Source: an uncultured Bacteroidaceae bacterium (GTDB lineage: Bacteria; Bacteroidota; Bacteroidia; Bacteroidales; GCA-2748055). Taken from it: a stretch of 64,000 nucleotides of DNA. The DNA lies in assembly GCA_964538375.1 (NCBI GenBank), contig CAZIFQ010000010.1:12738-76737 (forward strand), in the 5' to 3' direction. Shown here piece after piece: positions 42,913 to 51,064 of the stretch (the stretch's first letter is position 1; every line of letters starts with the position of its first letter). The translations under genes and the position numbers were made by a program. The notes under the pieces are model-generated. The model searched no databases. It was not told where the DNA came from and saw nothing but the letters and a program-made list of their open reading frames with translations.

Positions 42913-43718
42913 TTGATGCATTTAACAATCAAACCGGTGCCTGTTTTGTGGGTTTGATAAACGTCTATTATATTTAATACAAAACTAAAAGGAAAGGTAA
43001 CCAGGTAGTAGAATGGGAGGATCACAAGAAAGACTTTGCTTGCGTTGACCATCTTGATAGGAATTTTCATAGAAAGGCGCCATGAAATTTTACCGGGAGA
43101 TCCATAGGAATATTTCGATTCTATTTGCTTGAATCCTGCACTCTTGAGTTTTTCTTCGATATCAGAAATGGCATACCCATCGCGAACATGCTCTTCAATA
43201 AAGGAATCCTCATGGTCGTGGTGAACATCGCTACCCCCCTGGTCTGAAGGAGTTGAAATAAGCAGGACCCCTCCGGGTCTCATACTTTTATAGAGATTCT
43301 TAAATACAGCAACATCATCTTCAATATGCTCCATTACGTCGACAGAAAGAACAAAATCATAGGCCCCAGGATTTGAAAACTGTGCCAGATCTGCGTATTG
43401 AAACTGAACGCGGTCGCCACGCTTGATCTTTTTAAAGAAAGTATTGCAATCATCGATCTGTTCCTGTTTGATATCCAACCCTGTGATTTTTGCAGTTGGG
43501 AACTGTAGCGACATCGTGTAATCGTACTGTCCGAATCCAGATCCGGCATCTAGTATTTCAGGATTGGCGGGAAGAGATGACTTCATCTTCCGTATTGTAC
43601 TTCTGATGTGCCATGAGCGCAACAATAACAGGTTCAATAAATGATAGAAGACCTTACGTAAAAATGGTGTTTTATTAAAAAACGCCCCCAAACTCCTCTT
43701 AACCGGATCGTACTTCAT
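42909..43718 (-). CDS. class I SAM-dependent methyltransferase
   Basis: ILDAGSGFG, VDVMEHIEDD, RPGG. Confidence 0.88.
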   Translation of the reverse strand: MKYDPVKRSLGAFFNKTPFLRKVFYHLLNLLLLRSWHIRSTIRKMKSSLPANPEILDAGSGFGQYDYTMSLQFPTAKITGLDIKQEQIDDCNTFFKKIKRGDRVQFQYADLAQFSNPGAYDFVLSVDVMEHIEDDVAVFKNLYKSMRPGGVLLISTPSDQGGSDVHHDHEDSFIEEHVRDGYAISDIEEKLKSAGFKQIESKYSYGSPGKISWRLSMKIPIKMVNASKVFLVILPFYYLVTFPFSFVLNIIDVYQTHKTGTGLIVKCIK

Positions 43719-43721
43719 TCT

Positions 43722-44060
43722 TTACTCTTTTAACAGATTATCTATTCTATCTATGTAATCCAATGAATCATCAAGATAATATACAAATTCAGGTATGGCG
43801 CGAACCTGATTTTTGATCTTCTGACCAATCTCATGTCTTATTTTAACCGCATGCTTTTTAAGTGTCTCTATTGGTTCATCATCATTTTTTAATGGAAAGA
43901 TACTCAGGTATACTTTGGCCACACCCAGATCGGGACTTACCCTTACTACGGTTACCGTGATCATCTTCCCCGGAAGTAATTTCCGGCTGTTTTTCTGGAG
44001 ATATTCTCCCATCTCTTTTTGTAGCAGCCTGGCTACTTTTTGCTGACGTGTTGATTCCAT
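43722..44060 (-). CDS. rbfA: ribosome-binding factor A
   Basis: RQQKVARLLQKE, VRVSPDL..AKVYLS, IPEFVYYLDDSLDY. Confidence 0.95.
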   Translation of the reverse strand: MESTRQQKVARLLQKEMGEYLQKNSRKLLPGKMITVTVVRVSPDLGVAKVYLSIFPLKNDDEPIETLKKHAVKIRHEIGQKIKNQVRAIPEFVYYLDDSLDYIDRIDNLLKE

Positions 44061-44184
44061 AATCTTATAATTCCCCGATAAAATACAAATAATTGTCTCT
44101 CAATCTCCCTGGTTTTATCAACAGACCCTGTTTATCAGGGGTTTAAGAAAGCAGACAAAAGTACAATATTTAAATAACATTTTA

Positions 44185-44192
44185 TAGTTTTG
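44185..44192 (+). promoter_or_regulatory. -7 box for trpS
   Basis: TAGTTTTG about 30 nt upstream of the ATG. Confidence 0.55.
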
Positions 44193-44222
44193 TAGTTATT
44201 ACAATAAAGGACTAATACAGAC

Positions 44223-45212
44223 ATGGAAACGGTATTAAGCGGTATACGATCAACGGGAAATCTGCATTTGGGGAACTACTTCGGTGCAGTACAGAATTTT
44301 GTGAAAATGCAACATAAGTACAAATGTTTTTTTTTCATAGCTGATATTCATTCGCTTACTACCCATCCCAAGCCCGATAACCTGCATGATAATATTAGAA
44401 AAGTTCTTTCTGAATATATTGCCTGCGGGATTGATCCGGAGCTTGCTACCATATATATTCAAAGTGATATTCCTGAAATTTCTGAGCTCTACCTTTTGCT
44501 CAACATGAATGCATATGTTGGAGAGCTGGAGCGTACTACTACATTTAAAGAAAAAATCAGGAAACAGCCAGAAAACGTAAATGCCGGATTGCTCACATAT
44601 CCTGTTTTGATGGCGACTGATATTATCATTCACAATGCAGATAAAGTGCCGGTAGGAAAAGACCAGGAACAAAACCTTGAAATGGCTCGCAAGTTTGCCA
44701 AACGTTTTAATCATATGTATGGTGTGGAGTATTTTAAATTGCCTGAACCATTCAATTTTGGAAGTGATTTAGTAAAAGTGCCGGGATTAGACGGAACGGG
44801 TAAGATGGGTAAATCAGACGGAAATGGTGTTTTCCTGATTGATGAACCGGGCATCATCAGAAAAAAGGTGATGAGAGCAGTGACCGATTCAGGACCAACA
44901 TCTGAAAATTCACCCATGCCGGAACCTATCCAAAACTTATTCTACCTGATGGACCTCATGTCTGAAAAGGAGACTATTGAACATTATAAAAACGCTTACA
45001 ATGATTGTTCAATACGTTATGGTGATTTGAAAAAACAGTTGGCTGAAGACATAATTAAGTTTACAACTCCCATCAGAGAAAAGATTCTTGATGTATACAA
45101 TGATAGTGATTACCTGGGTAAAGTTGTGAAGAGAGGTGCTGAGCAAGCAAGAGAAAGCGCTTCTAAAACACTGAGGGATGTAAGAGAGATACTCGGCTAC
45201 AAACCCTTTTAA
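44223..45212 (+). CDS. trpS: tryptophan--tRNA ligase
   Basis: HLGN, YPVLMATDI, VPVGKDQ, KMGKS. Confidence 0.97.
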   Translation: METVLSGIRSTGNLHLGNYFGAVQNFVKMQHKYKCFFFIADIHSLTTHPKPDNLHDNIRKVLSEYIACGIDPELATIYIQSDIPEISELYLLLNMNAYVGELERTTTFKEKIRKQPENVNAGLLTYPVLMATDIIIHNADKVPVGKDQEQNLEMARKFAKRFNHMYGVEYFKLPEPFNFGSDLVKVPGLDGTGKMGKSDGNGVFLIDEPGIIRKKVMRAVTDSGPTSENSPMPEPIQNLFYLMDLMSEKETIEHYKNAYNDCSIRYGDLKKQLAEDIIKFTTPIREKILDVYNDSDYLGKVVKRGAEQARESASKTLRDVREILGYKPF

Positions 45213-45242
45213 AAATAAAGAGTCCGCCTCTGAGAGACGGAC
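45211..45242 (-). terminator. intrinsic terminator, minus polarity
   Basis: GTCCGTCTC-TCA-GAGGCGGAC-TCTTTATTTTT; the U-tract is only on the minus strand. Confidence 0.8.
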
Positions 45243-45285
45243 CGTGCCCCGAAATTTGTCAGGTATATGCTTGGATGAACTGTCA
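45211..45285 (-). ncRNA. candidate sigma54-dependent small RNA (about 70-75 nt)
   Basis: Bounded by a consensus sigma54 promoter (45296-45311) and a minus-strand terminator (45211-45242); no ATG ORF. Confidence 0.5.
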
Positions 45286-45295
45286 ACTAAAAAGA

Positions 45296-45311
45296 TGCAA
45301 ATTCTGTGCCA
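45296..45311 (-). promoter_or_regulatory. sigma54 -24/-12 promoter
   Basis: Minus strand TGGCAC-AGAAT-TTGCA, an exact match to TGGCAC-N5-TTGCW. Confidence 0.75.
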
Positions 45312-45406
45312 AAGTCTCGGGTTTGGGGGTCTTTTTTGTGTTTCTTAGCATGATTTCCCCCAATTCCAGTCTTTCCCCCATAGAAGGGAAAGGGTTGAGC
45401 ATATGC

Positions 45407-46084
45407 TTATACCCCCCAGTTCACCTCTTCAATGCCTTTCTCTCTTAAATACTCATTTGTTTTTGAGAAGTGCTTGCATCCGAAAAAACCATTGTATGCC
45501 GAAAAAGGTGAAGGATGAGCTGCTTCAAGTACAAGGTGTTTTGTTTCGTCGATGAGTGGTTTTTTCTGCTGGGCAAATCTTCCCCATAGAATAAATACCA
45601 CATTTTCCTTCTTTTGAGAAACAGTCTGAATGACTTTATTGGTGAACGTTTCCCATCCCTGCTTCTGATGTGATCCAGCTTGTGAAGCACGCACTGTGAG
45701 GGTTGCATTAAGCAGCAACACACCATTGCTGGCCCAGGATTCCAGGTTACCATGCGCGGGAACAGGCAGATTAAGGTCTGCATGAATTTCCTTGAATATA
45801 TTGACCAGGGAGGGAGGCGGTTTAATTCCCAATGGAACCGAAAAGCATAAGCCATGGGCTTGTCCTGTACCATGATATGGATCTTGGCCCAGGATTACCA
45901 CTTTCAGCTTGGACAGTGGTGTTTTATTGAATGCATTGAAGATAAGCGGACCCGGAGGATAGATAGTGTGCTGAATTCTTTCGGTAACAAGAAAGGCTTT
46001 TAGCTTTTGGAAATAGTCTGCCTGGAAGTCTTGCCACAAAGCATTTTTCCAGCTTTCATGTATCGTTGGATTAATACTGCTCAT
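45407..46084 (-). CDS. ung: uracil-DNA glycosylase family 1
   Basis: ILGQDPYH, PPSLVNI, GVLLLN, HPSP. Confidence 0.97.
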   Translation of the reverse strand: MSSINPTIHESWKNALWQDFQADYFQKLKAFLVTERIQHTIYPPGPLIFNAFNKTPLSKLKVVILGQDPYHGTGQAHGLCFSVPLGIKPPPSLVNIFKEIHADLNLPVPAHGNLESWASNGVLLLNATLTVRASQAGSHQKQGWETFTNKVIQTVSQKKENVVFILWGRFAQQKKPLIDETKHLVLEAAHPSPFSAYNGFFGCKHFSKTNEYLREKGIEEVNWGV

Positions 46085-46129
46085 CAGACCATGAAATTAT
46101 CAATTATCTAACAGAAACCAATAACAAAA

Positions 46130-48514
46130 TCAAAATACAGTTCTGATGGAAAAAATGAAATTCCGGCCCGGTGCGCTGACTCCGGATGCATAAGGTTTAT
46201 AGAATTGATCGAAGATATTTTCAATGGCAAGTTGCAGTATAATAGAATTGTTGACCTTATAAGAAGTATTTACATTAAAGGTCCACCAGCTCGGGTACCC
46301 AAACACGCCTGCTTCCGATTGGTTGTCTTCACCATAGGGAGAGAATTCATCACTAAATTTCCATCCATTGTAATACACATAACTCTCAAAACGGAAGTCT
46401 TTATAGTCGTAACTGATGCTTACTCTTCCAAATACTGGCGGGATATGGCCCAGAGGAACATCGTCGCTCAGGTTCCATCCTTTGGCATAATTGAGAGATC
46501 CTTTCAGAATGATGTTGCGGTTAAAATCTGAAAGGACATTGATGGTAGCTCCATAGATATACGCCTGAGATGCATTATAGTTTGTCGCGATCTTATACAA
46601 ATCGCCATCATACATCATGGAATCCTGTCCGTTTAATGTAAAATCGGTACGTACAATTGCATTGGTAATCAAGGTATAATATCCAACAACATCGAGTCGA
46701 ATGAATCCCTCCAGAATTCGGCTAATCCCAAGCTCAGCATTGTAGGTGTATTCTGGTTTAATATCATTGTTTGGGACCAGTATATAATCATCTTTTGCTC
46801 TTACTTTTCCATAGTCGTCGACATTAGGATTCCTGTAACCGGTGGAGAGGATAGCATTGATTTGCCATTGTTGTGTTGGATGGTAAACAATACTTGTACT
46901 TCCTGTGACAGACCCATTTGTAATATCGGTTCTGTCGAATGGAAGGGCCGGATTGGTATATACCGAATGGAGGGAAGAGAAATTAAATCTCAAACCGCCA
47001 TTAAACACGAGATTATTGTCAAATATTCTTTTATAATTACCATACAAAGAAGAAGAAAGGGTATTGCTTCCACCGGAAGGATACCTGGTCTGAGCCGGCA
47101 TTACCTCATCGATTGATATATTCTGGTAATAGGCCCCTGAACCCACAAGGTTATATAGCAGATCGTATCCATAGTTAAGTTTCCTGTTTACATTCCACAC
47201 TTTCAACAGGTCTATGTTTGTACTGAGCACATTAACAGTTTCCAGTTGGAAGAGCCGGTTGTCGTCTCCAAACTTTCGCGTGATTCTGTCTTCATCGATG
47301 CGTTGATATGCAAATGTTGTTGTAGAATGGGTAAAAAATTTATTGTCATTCCGGTTCTGGTTTTTCACTGATGCCAGCAAGCGGTTTTGAGGTCCGTAAT
47401 AATACTCCGCATATTTTAGCACTCCGTTTTTATAATCGTTCAGTTTGTCCAGTCGATGAATATCTGATGAAGTGGAATATTGTAAATTCAGGGTCCAGTC
47501 AATATAGGGAGAAACAATATATTTGAATTTCTGTACCAGGTCCACCTGGCTAAAACCTGTATACTTTTGAATATTTTCATCGGGGTTGACAAGCATAGAA
47601 TCTTTTTCGACAAACCTTTCTGCGTAGTTCAATGTCTTGCCCCAATCGCTGTAGAACAGGTTCCGATTTGAGCCCATCCTAATCTCTCCAAAATCCTTGT
47701 AAGTTATACTGCTTAACGAACCAAATTTCTTTCCCGCAATATTCATGCTGATATGCCCAACTTTCCCTTTGTTTGCTGTGGAATATTGTGCATATGCATT
47801 TCCTCCTACTTCAGTTTTGTAGTCTTCAGCAAATTCAGGGTCCTTTGTGTAATAATGTATTACTCCGCCCAGGGCATCACTTCCATAAATAAGCGAACTT
47901 GGACCGAAAATTACTTCTGTCCTCTCCAATATTGCATTATCAATGGTTATGGAGTTTTGTAAATGTCCGCTTCGATAGATGGCATTATTAAGCCGCACAC
48001 CATCAACAACCAACAAAATTTTATTTGCCTCAAATCCTCTTAATATAGGACTCCCACCCCCTGCCTGGCTCTTTTGTATAAGAATGTTTCCTGTTGATTG
48101 CAGAAGGTCTGCAGATGTTTGTGCCGGGCTTTGGGATATGGCCCTCTCCTCCATCACGCTCACCGTATAAGGCAATACCTGCTTACTTTCCCGTGATTTT
48201 GATGCTGAGATGACGAATTCATCCATCAGGATGTTTCTCTTGCTAAGAAAAATAATTTTTTTGTGGAGGACTTCTGAATAGGTGTATAAAACAATATTGT
48301 ATGATGGGTGGCGAAAAGTAATGGTGTCATCCATAGAAAAAGGAAGTGTACCCGTAAACCCGAGACTGTCTGTTATTGCCGCTTTTTCCCTTGAAGTATT
48401 GAAGAGGGTTACATTTTCAATGGCTTTTCCTGTATTTTCAGATAATACCCTAATGCGCTGTCCATAGGACTGGGAGGCCATTGCCAACAAAATAAAAAAA
48501 AGAAGATGTTTCAT
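46130..48514 (-). CDS. TonB-dependent receptor (heme/hemoglobin receptor-like)
   Basis: Plug domain GGGSPILRGF..DGVRLNNAI..GPSSLIYGSDALGGVI; ENIFD..PGRNF; C-terminal Phe. Confidence 0.9.
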   Translation of the reverse strand: MKHLLFFILLAMASQSYGQRIRVLSENTGKAIENVTLFNTSREKAAITDSLGFTGTLPFSMDDTITFRHPSYNIVLYTYSEVLHKKIIFLSKRNILMDEFVISASKSRESKQVLPYTVSVMEERAISQSPAQTSADLLQSTGNILIQKSQAGGGSPILRGFEANKILLVVDGVRLNNAIYRSGHLQNSITIDNAILERTEVIFGPSSLIYGSDALGGVIHYYTKDPEFAEDYKTEVGGNAYAQYSTANKGKVGHISMNIAGKKFGSLSSITYKDFGEIRMGSNRNLFYSDWGKTLNYAERFVEKDSMLVNPDENIQKYTGFSQVDLVQKFKYIVSPYIDWTLNLQYSTSSDIHRLDKLNDYKNGVLKYAEYYYGPQNRLLASVKNQNRNDNKFFTHSTTTFAYQRIDEDRITRKFGDDNRLFQLETVNVLSTNIDLLKVWNVNRKLNYGYDLLYNLVGSGAYYQNISIDEVMPAQTRYPSGGSNTLSSSLYGNYKRIFDNNLVFNGGLRFNFSSLHSVYTNPALPFDRTDITNGSVTGSTSIVYHPTQQWQINAILSTGYRNPNVDDYGKVRAKDDYILVPNNDIKPEYTYNAELGISRILEGFIRLDVVGYYTLITNAIVRTDFTLNGQDSMMYDGDLYKIATNYNASQAYIYGATINVLSDFNRNIILKGSLNYAKGWNLSDDVPLGHIPPVFGRVSISYDYKDFRFESYVYYNGWKFSDEFSPYGEDNQSEAGVFGYPSWWTFNVNTSYKVNNSIILQLAIENIFDQFYKPYASGVSAPGRNFIFSIRTVF

Positions 48515-48652
48515 TTATAAGATATCATATAGCGGCAAATAATGCCACAAAAATTGTACCAAGGAGCATGAAGTTATTGTTCCCGGAAAAAATATGGTGT
48601 AAGTTACATTTTTAAAGGGAATTGGCGGTTCATTGGTTCATCGGGTTCGACC

Positions 48653-48677
48653 GTAGAGACGCGATTTATCGCGTCTC
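48653..48677. repeat. GTAG-family REP palindrome flanked by octamer repeats
   Basis: GTAGAGACGCGATTTATCGCGTCTC; upstream GGTTCATT/GGTTCATC, downstream GAATGATG/GAATAGTG/GAATAATG units. Confidence 0.75.
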
Positions 48678-48853
48678 ACCATTAAATAGAATGATGGAAT
48701 AGCTAGTAGAATAGTGGAATGATAGATTACTGCATTAAATGAAAAGAAGGAATAATGGAATAGCAAAAATATGGCTTAAAAACTTCAATGAAAAACAATT
48801 ATACCTTTATGACTGTTATCTTATCTTAGCATATGAATTCAATATAATTGCCG

Positions 48854-49387
48854 ATGAAAATAATAGGATTTGCAGCAAGTAACAGCACTCAGTCGATCAA
48901 CAAAAAATTGGTTGAATATGTCATTTCCTGTTTTAGAGACAAAGAAACAGAGGTTTTGGATATCAATGATTTTGAGATGCCAATATATAGTTCAGACAGG
49001 GAAGAGGGTTCAGGAATACCCCAACTCGCCCGTGACTTTGCCGGGAAGGTTATGGAATCAGATCTGATTGTTATTTCCTTTGCTGAACACAACGGAGCAT
49101 ATTCGGCAGCATTTAAGAATATTTTTGACTGGATTTCAAGGATTAGAGACATGGATGTATGGAAGGATAAGAAGTTGTTTTTGATGGCCACATCTCCCGG
49201 GGGCAGGGGTGGACAATCAGTTTTAAAGTTAGCTGATGAACGTTTGCCGAAGCATGGAGCGATAGTACTTGATACGTTTAGTTTACCAAACTTTTTTGAA
49301 TCCTTTAGCGAAGGGGAAGGGATCATAATAGAGGAGTTACGGGCAGAGCTAGATGAGAAGATTAAGAATTTGGTAGAGAAAAAATAA
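48854..49387 (+). CDS. NADPH-dependent FMN reductase (flavodoxin-like)
   Basis: AASNSTQSIN, AEHNGAYS..FKNIFDW, ATSPGGRGG. Confidence 0.9.
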   Translation: MKIIGFAASNSTQSINKKLVEYVISCFRDKETEVLDINDFEMPIYSSDREEGSGIPQLARDFAGKVMESDLIVISFAEHNGAYSAAFKNIFDWISRIRDMDVWKDKKLFLMATSPGGRGGQSVLKLADERLPKHGAIVLDTFSLPNFFESFSEGEGIIIEELRAELDEKIKNLVEKK

Positions 49388-49478
49388 CTGATCATAGATT
49401 TTGCTTTGATTTGAAGGCTTAGTTGTGTAATTTCGTCCACACATTTAAAAGAATACCCAGAAAGAGTATTCAATACTA

Positions 49479-50228
49479 ATGGATCGAATTACAACAATAG
49501 TGAATGAATTTACTCCGATATCATTACCGGAGATGGATTCCGTGAAGTTGATGAACAGGATTGACACAAAATATGTCTTGTCTGCCAATCGTTTGCCTGG
49601 TCTACTTGTTGAAGCAAAAGATAAGTATCGTATTCTTGAGATAGACAAGCAAAGGGAACTGCTTTATCGAACAACCTATTTTGATACAGACGATTATAAG
49701 ATGTACAATGCCCATCAAAATGGGAAGCTGAACAGGTTTAAAATCAGAACCAGGGAATACGTTGTGTCACAAATTCATTTTCTCGAAGTAAAGTTTAAGA
49801 ATAATAAGGGAAGAACACTGAAAGACAGGGTGAAACGTGTTGAAGGATCAATGTCTTTTAAGGAGAAAGAATCTTTATTTCTTGAGGATGCGGCTCCTTT
49901 TTCTATTAATGACCTTAGTCCAAAACTTTGGAATAAATTTACCCGGCTGACATTGGTTCATAAAACAGCCCAGGAAAGAATCACAATTGACTTTAATCTC
50001 TCGTTTAAAAATGATAAAGACAAGGAGATAGAACTTCCTAAGTTATCCGTTATTGAGGTGAAGCAGGATAAATACACAGCAAATTCCGACTTTCTTCAGA
50101 TCTTGAAGAAGAACCACATATATGAAATGCGATTTAGCAAGTACTGTGTTGGGTCGGCACTTCTTAATCCTGATTTAAAGTATAATCGCTTTAAGCAGAA
50201 ATTAATGACTATTGACAAATTAAATTAA
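49479..50228 (+). CDS. polyphosphate polymerase (VTC/CYTH) domain protein
   Basis: LMNRIDTKY, YFDT, RFKIRTREY, LEVK, ERITIDF, IEVK, FSKYC. Confidence 0.88.
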   Translation: MDRITTIVNEFTPISLPEMDSVKLMNRIDTKYVLSANRLPGLLVEAKDKYRILEIDKQRELLYRTTYFDTDDYKMYNAHQNGKLNRFKIRTREYVVSQIHFLEVKFKNNKGRTLKDRVKRVEGSMSFKEKESLFLEDAAPFSINDLSPKLWNKFTRLTLVHKTAQERITIDFNLSFKNDKDKEIELPKLSVIEVKQDKYTANSDFLQILKKNHIYEMRFSKYCVGSALLNPDLKYNRFKQKLMTIDKLN

Positions 50229-50234
50229 CAAGTA

Positions 50235-50972
50235 ATGATTGATTTTATACAAGAAGGTATAGATGCCATAAGCCCGGTTTTACTCCAGGCCGATGATGCA
50301 AATGCTGTTAGGTTTTTAGGAATAAAACTCATAAACACTGCTGATTTCATTGAACTCCTGATCAGGTTTGTCTTTAATATGACCATTAGTGTAATAATTG
50401 TAAGGTATCTATACTACGCTGCGGCAAAAAGAAAAGATTACCTGTTTACTTATATTCTTATTAGTGCAACGGTTTTCCTTCTTTGTTATTTACTTGAAAG
50501 TGTAAAACTTGAGTTAGGATTTGCTCTTGGACTCTTCGCTATATTTGGGATAATTCGCTACAGAACCTCCCAGATAGCTATTAAGGAGATGACCTATTTG
50601 TTTATTGTCATTGGACTATCTGTAATCAACGCCCTCGCCAATAAAAAGGTGAGTTATGCTGAGCTTGTATTCACAAACCTGGCCATTGTTGCTATTGTTT
50701 GGGGCCTTGAGCGTATCTGGTTGATTAAGCACGAATCAAGCAAAAGGATTACTTATGAAAAAATTGATCTGATTAAGCCCGAAAGGTATAATGAGCTGGT
50801 TGCTGATGTTGAGAAGAGAACAGGTCTAAAGGTTAACCGTGTTGAAATTGGATCGATCAATTTTTTAAGAGACACGGCGAATGTAAAGGTATATTATTTT
50901 GCAAGTGAAAATCGTGTTAACCAGGCAGATGAAGATACTCTGGATACAAGGAATAACGAGGGCCGAAACTAA
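50235..50972 (+). CDS. DUF4956 membrane protein
   Basis: GFALGLFAIFGIIRYRT..KEMTYLF; follows the VTC gene by 6 nt. Confidence 0.88.
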   Translation: MIDFIQEGIDAISPVLLQADDANAVRFLGIKLINTADFIELLIRFVFNMTISVIIVRYLYYAAAKRKDYLFTYILISATVFLLCYLLESVKLELGFALGLFAIFGIIRYRTSQIAIKEMTYLFIVIGLSVINALANKKVSYAELVFTNLAIVAIVWGLERIWLIKHESSKRITYEKIDLIKPERYNELVADVEKRTGLKVNRVEIGSINFLRDTANVKVYYFASENRVNQADEDTLDTRNNEGRN

Positions 50973-51064
50973 AAATCCTCTGGATCAAGGGCACATTCTT
51001 CCATTGTTGGTAAGTTATCCCGGATAAAAACTCATTTTTCCTAATTTTGAATAAAAGTCAAAAT

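Noticed and set aside
44061-44222. CCCTG(G)TTT(T)ATCA repeats and small hairpin upstream of trpS as a T-box or attenuator
   Set aside because: They lie upstream of the predicted -7 box; no T-box motif or Trp-rich leader peptide
45210-45287. TTG-started 25-codon ORF inside the candidate sRNA
   Set aside because: No leader, non-ATG start, and it runs through the terminator hairpin; not supportable without Ribo-seq
48620-48680. GGTTCGA T-loop-like motif suggesting a tRNA
   Set aside because: No cloverleaf; it is part of the octamer repeats next to a REP
48889-49473. 194-aa antisense ORF (and similar shadows at 12032, 13709, 21815, 31203, 44250, 54868)
   Set aside because: Each overlaps a well-supported gene on the opposite strand and shows no recognisable motifs
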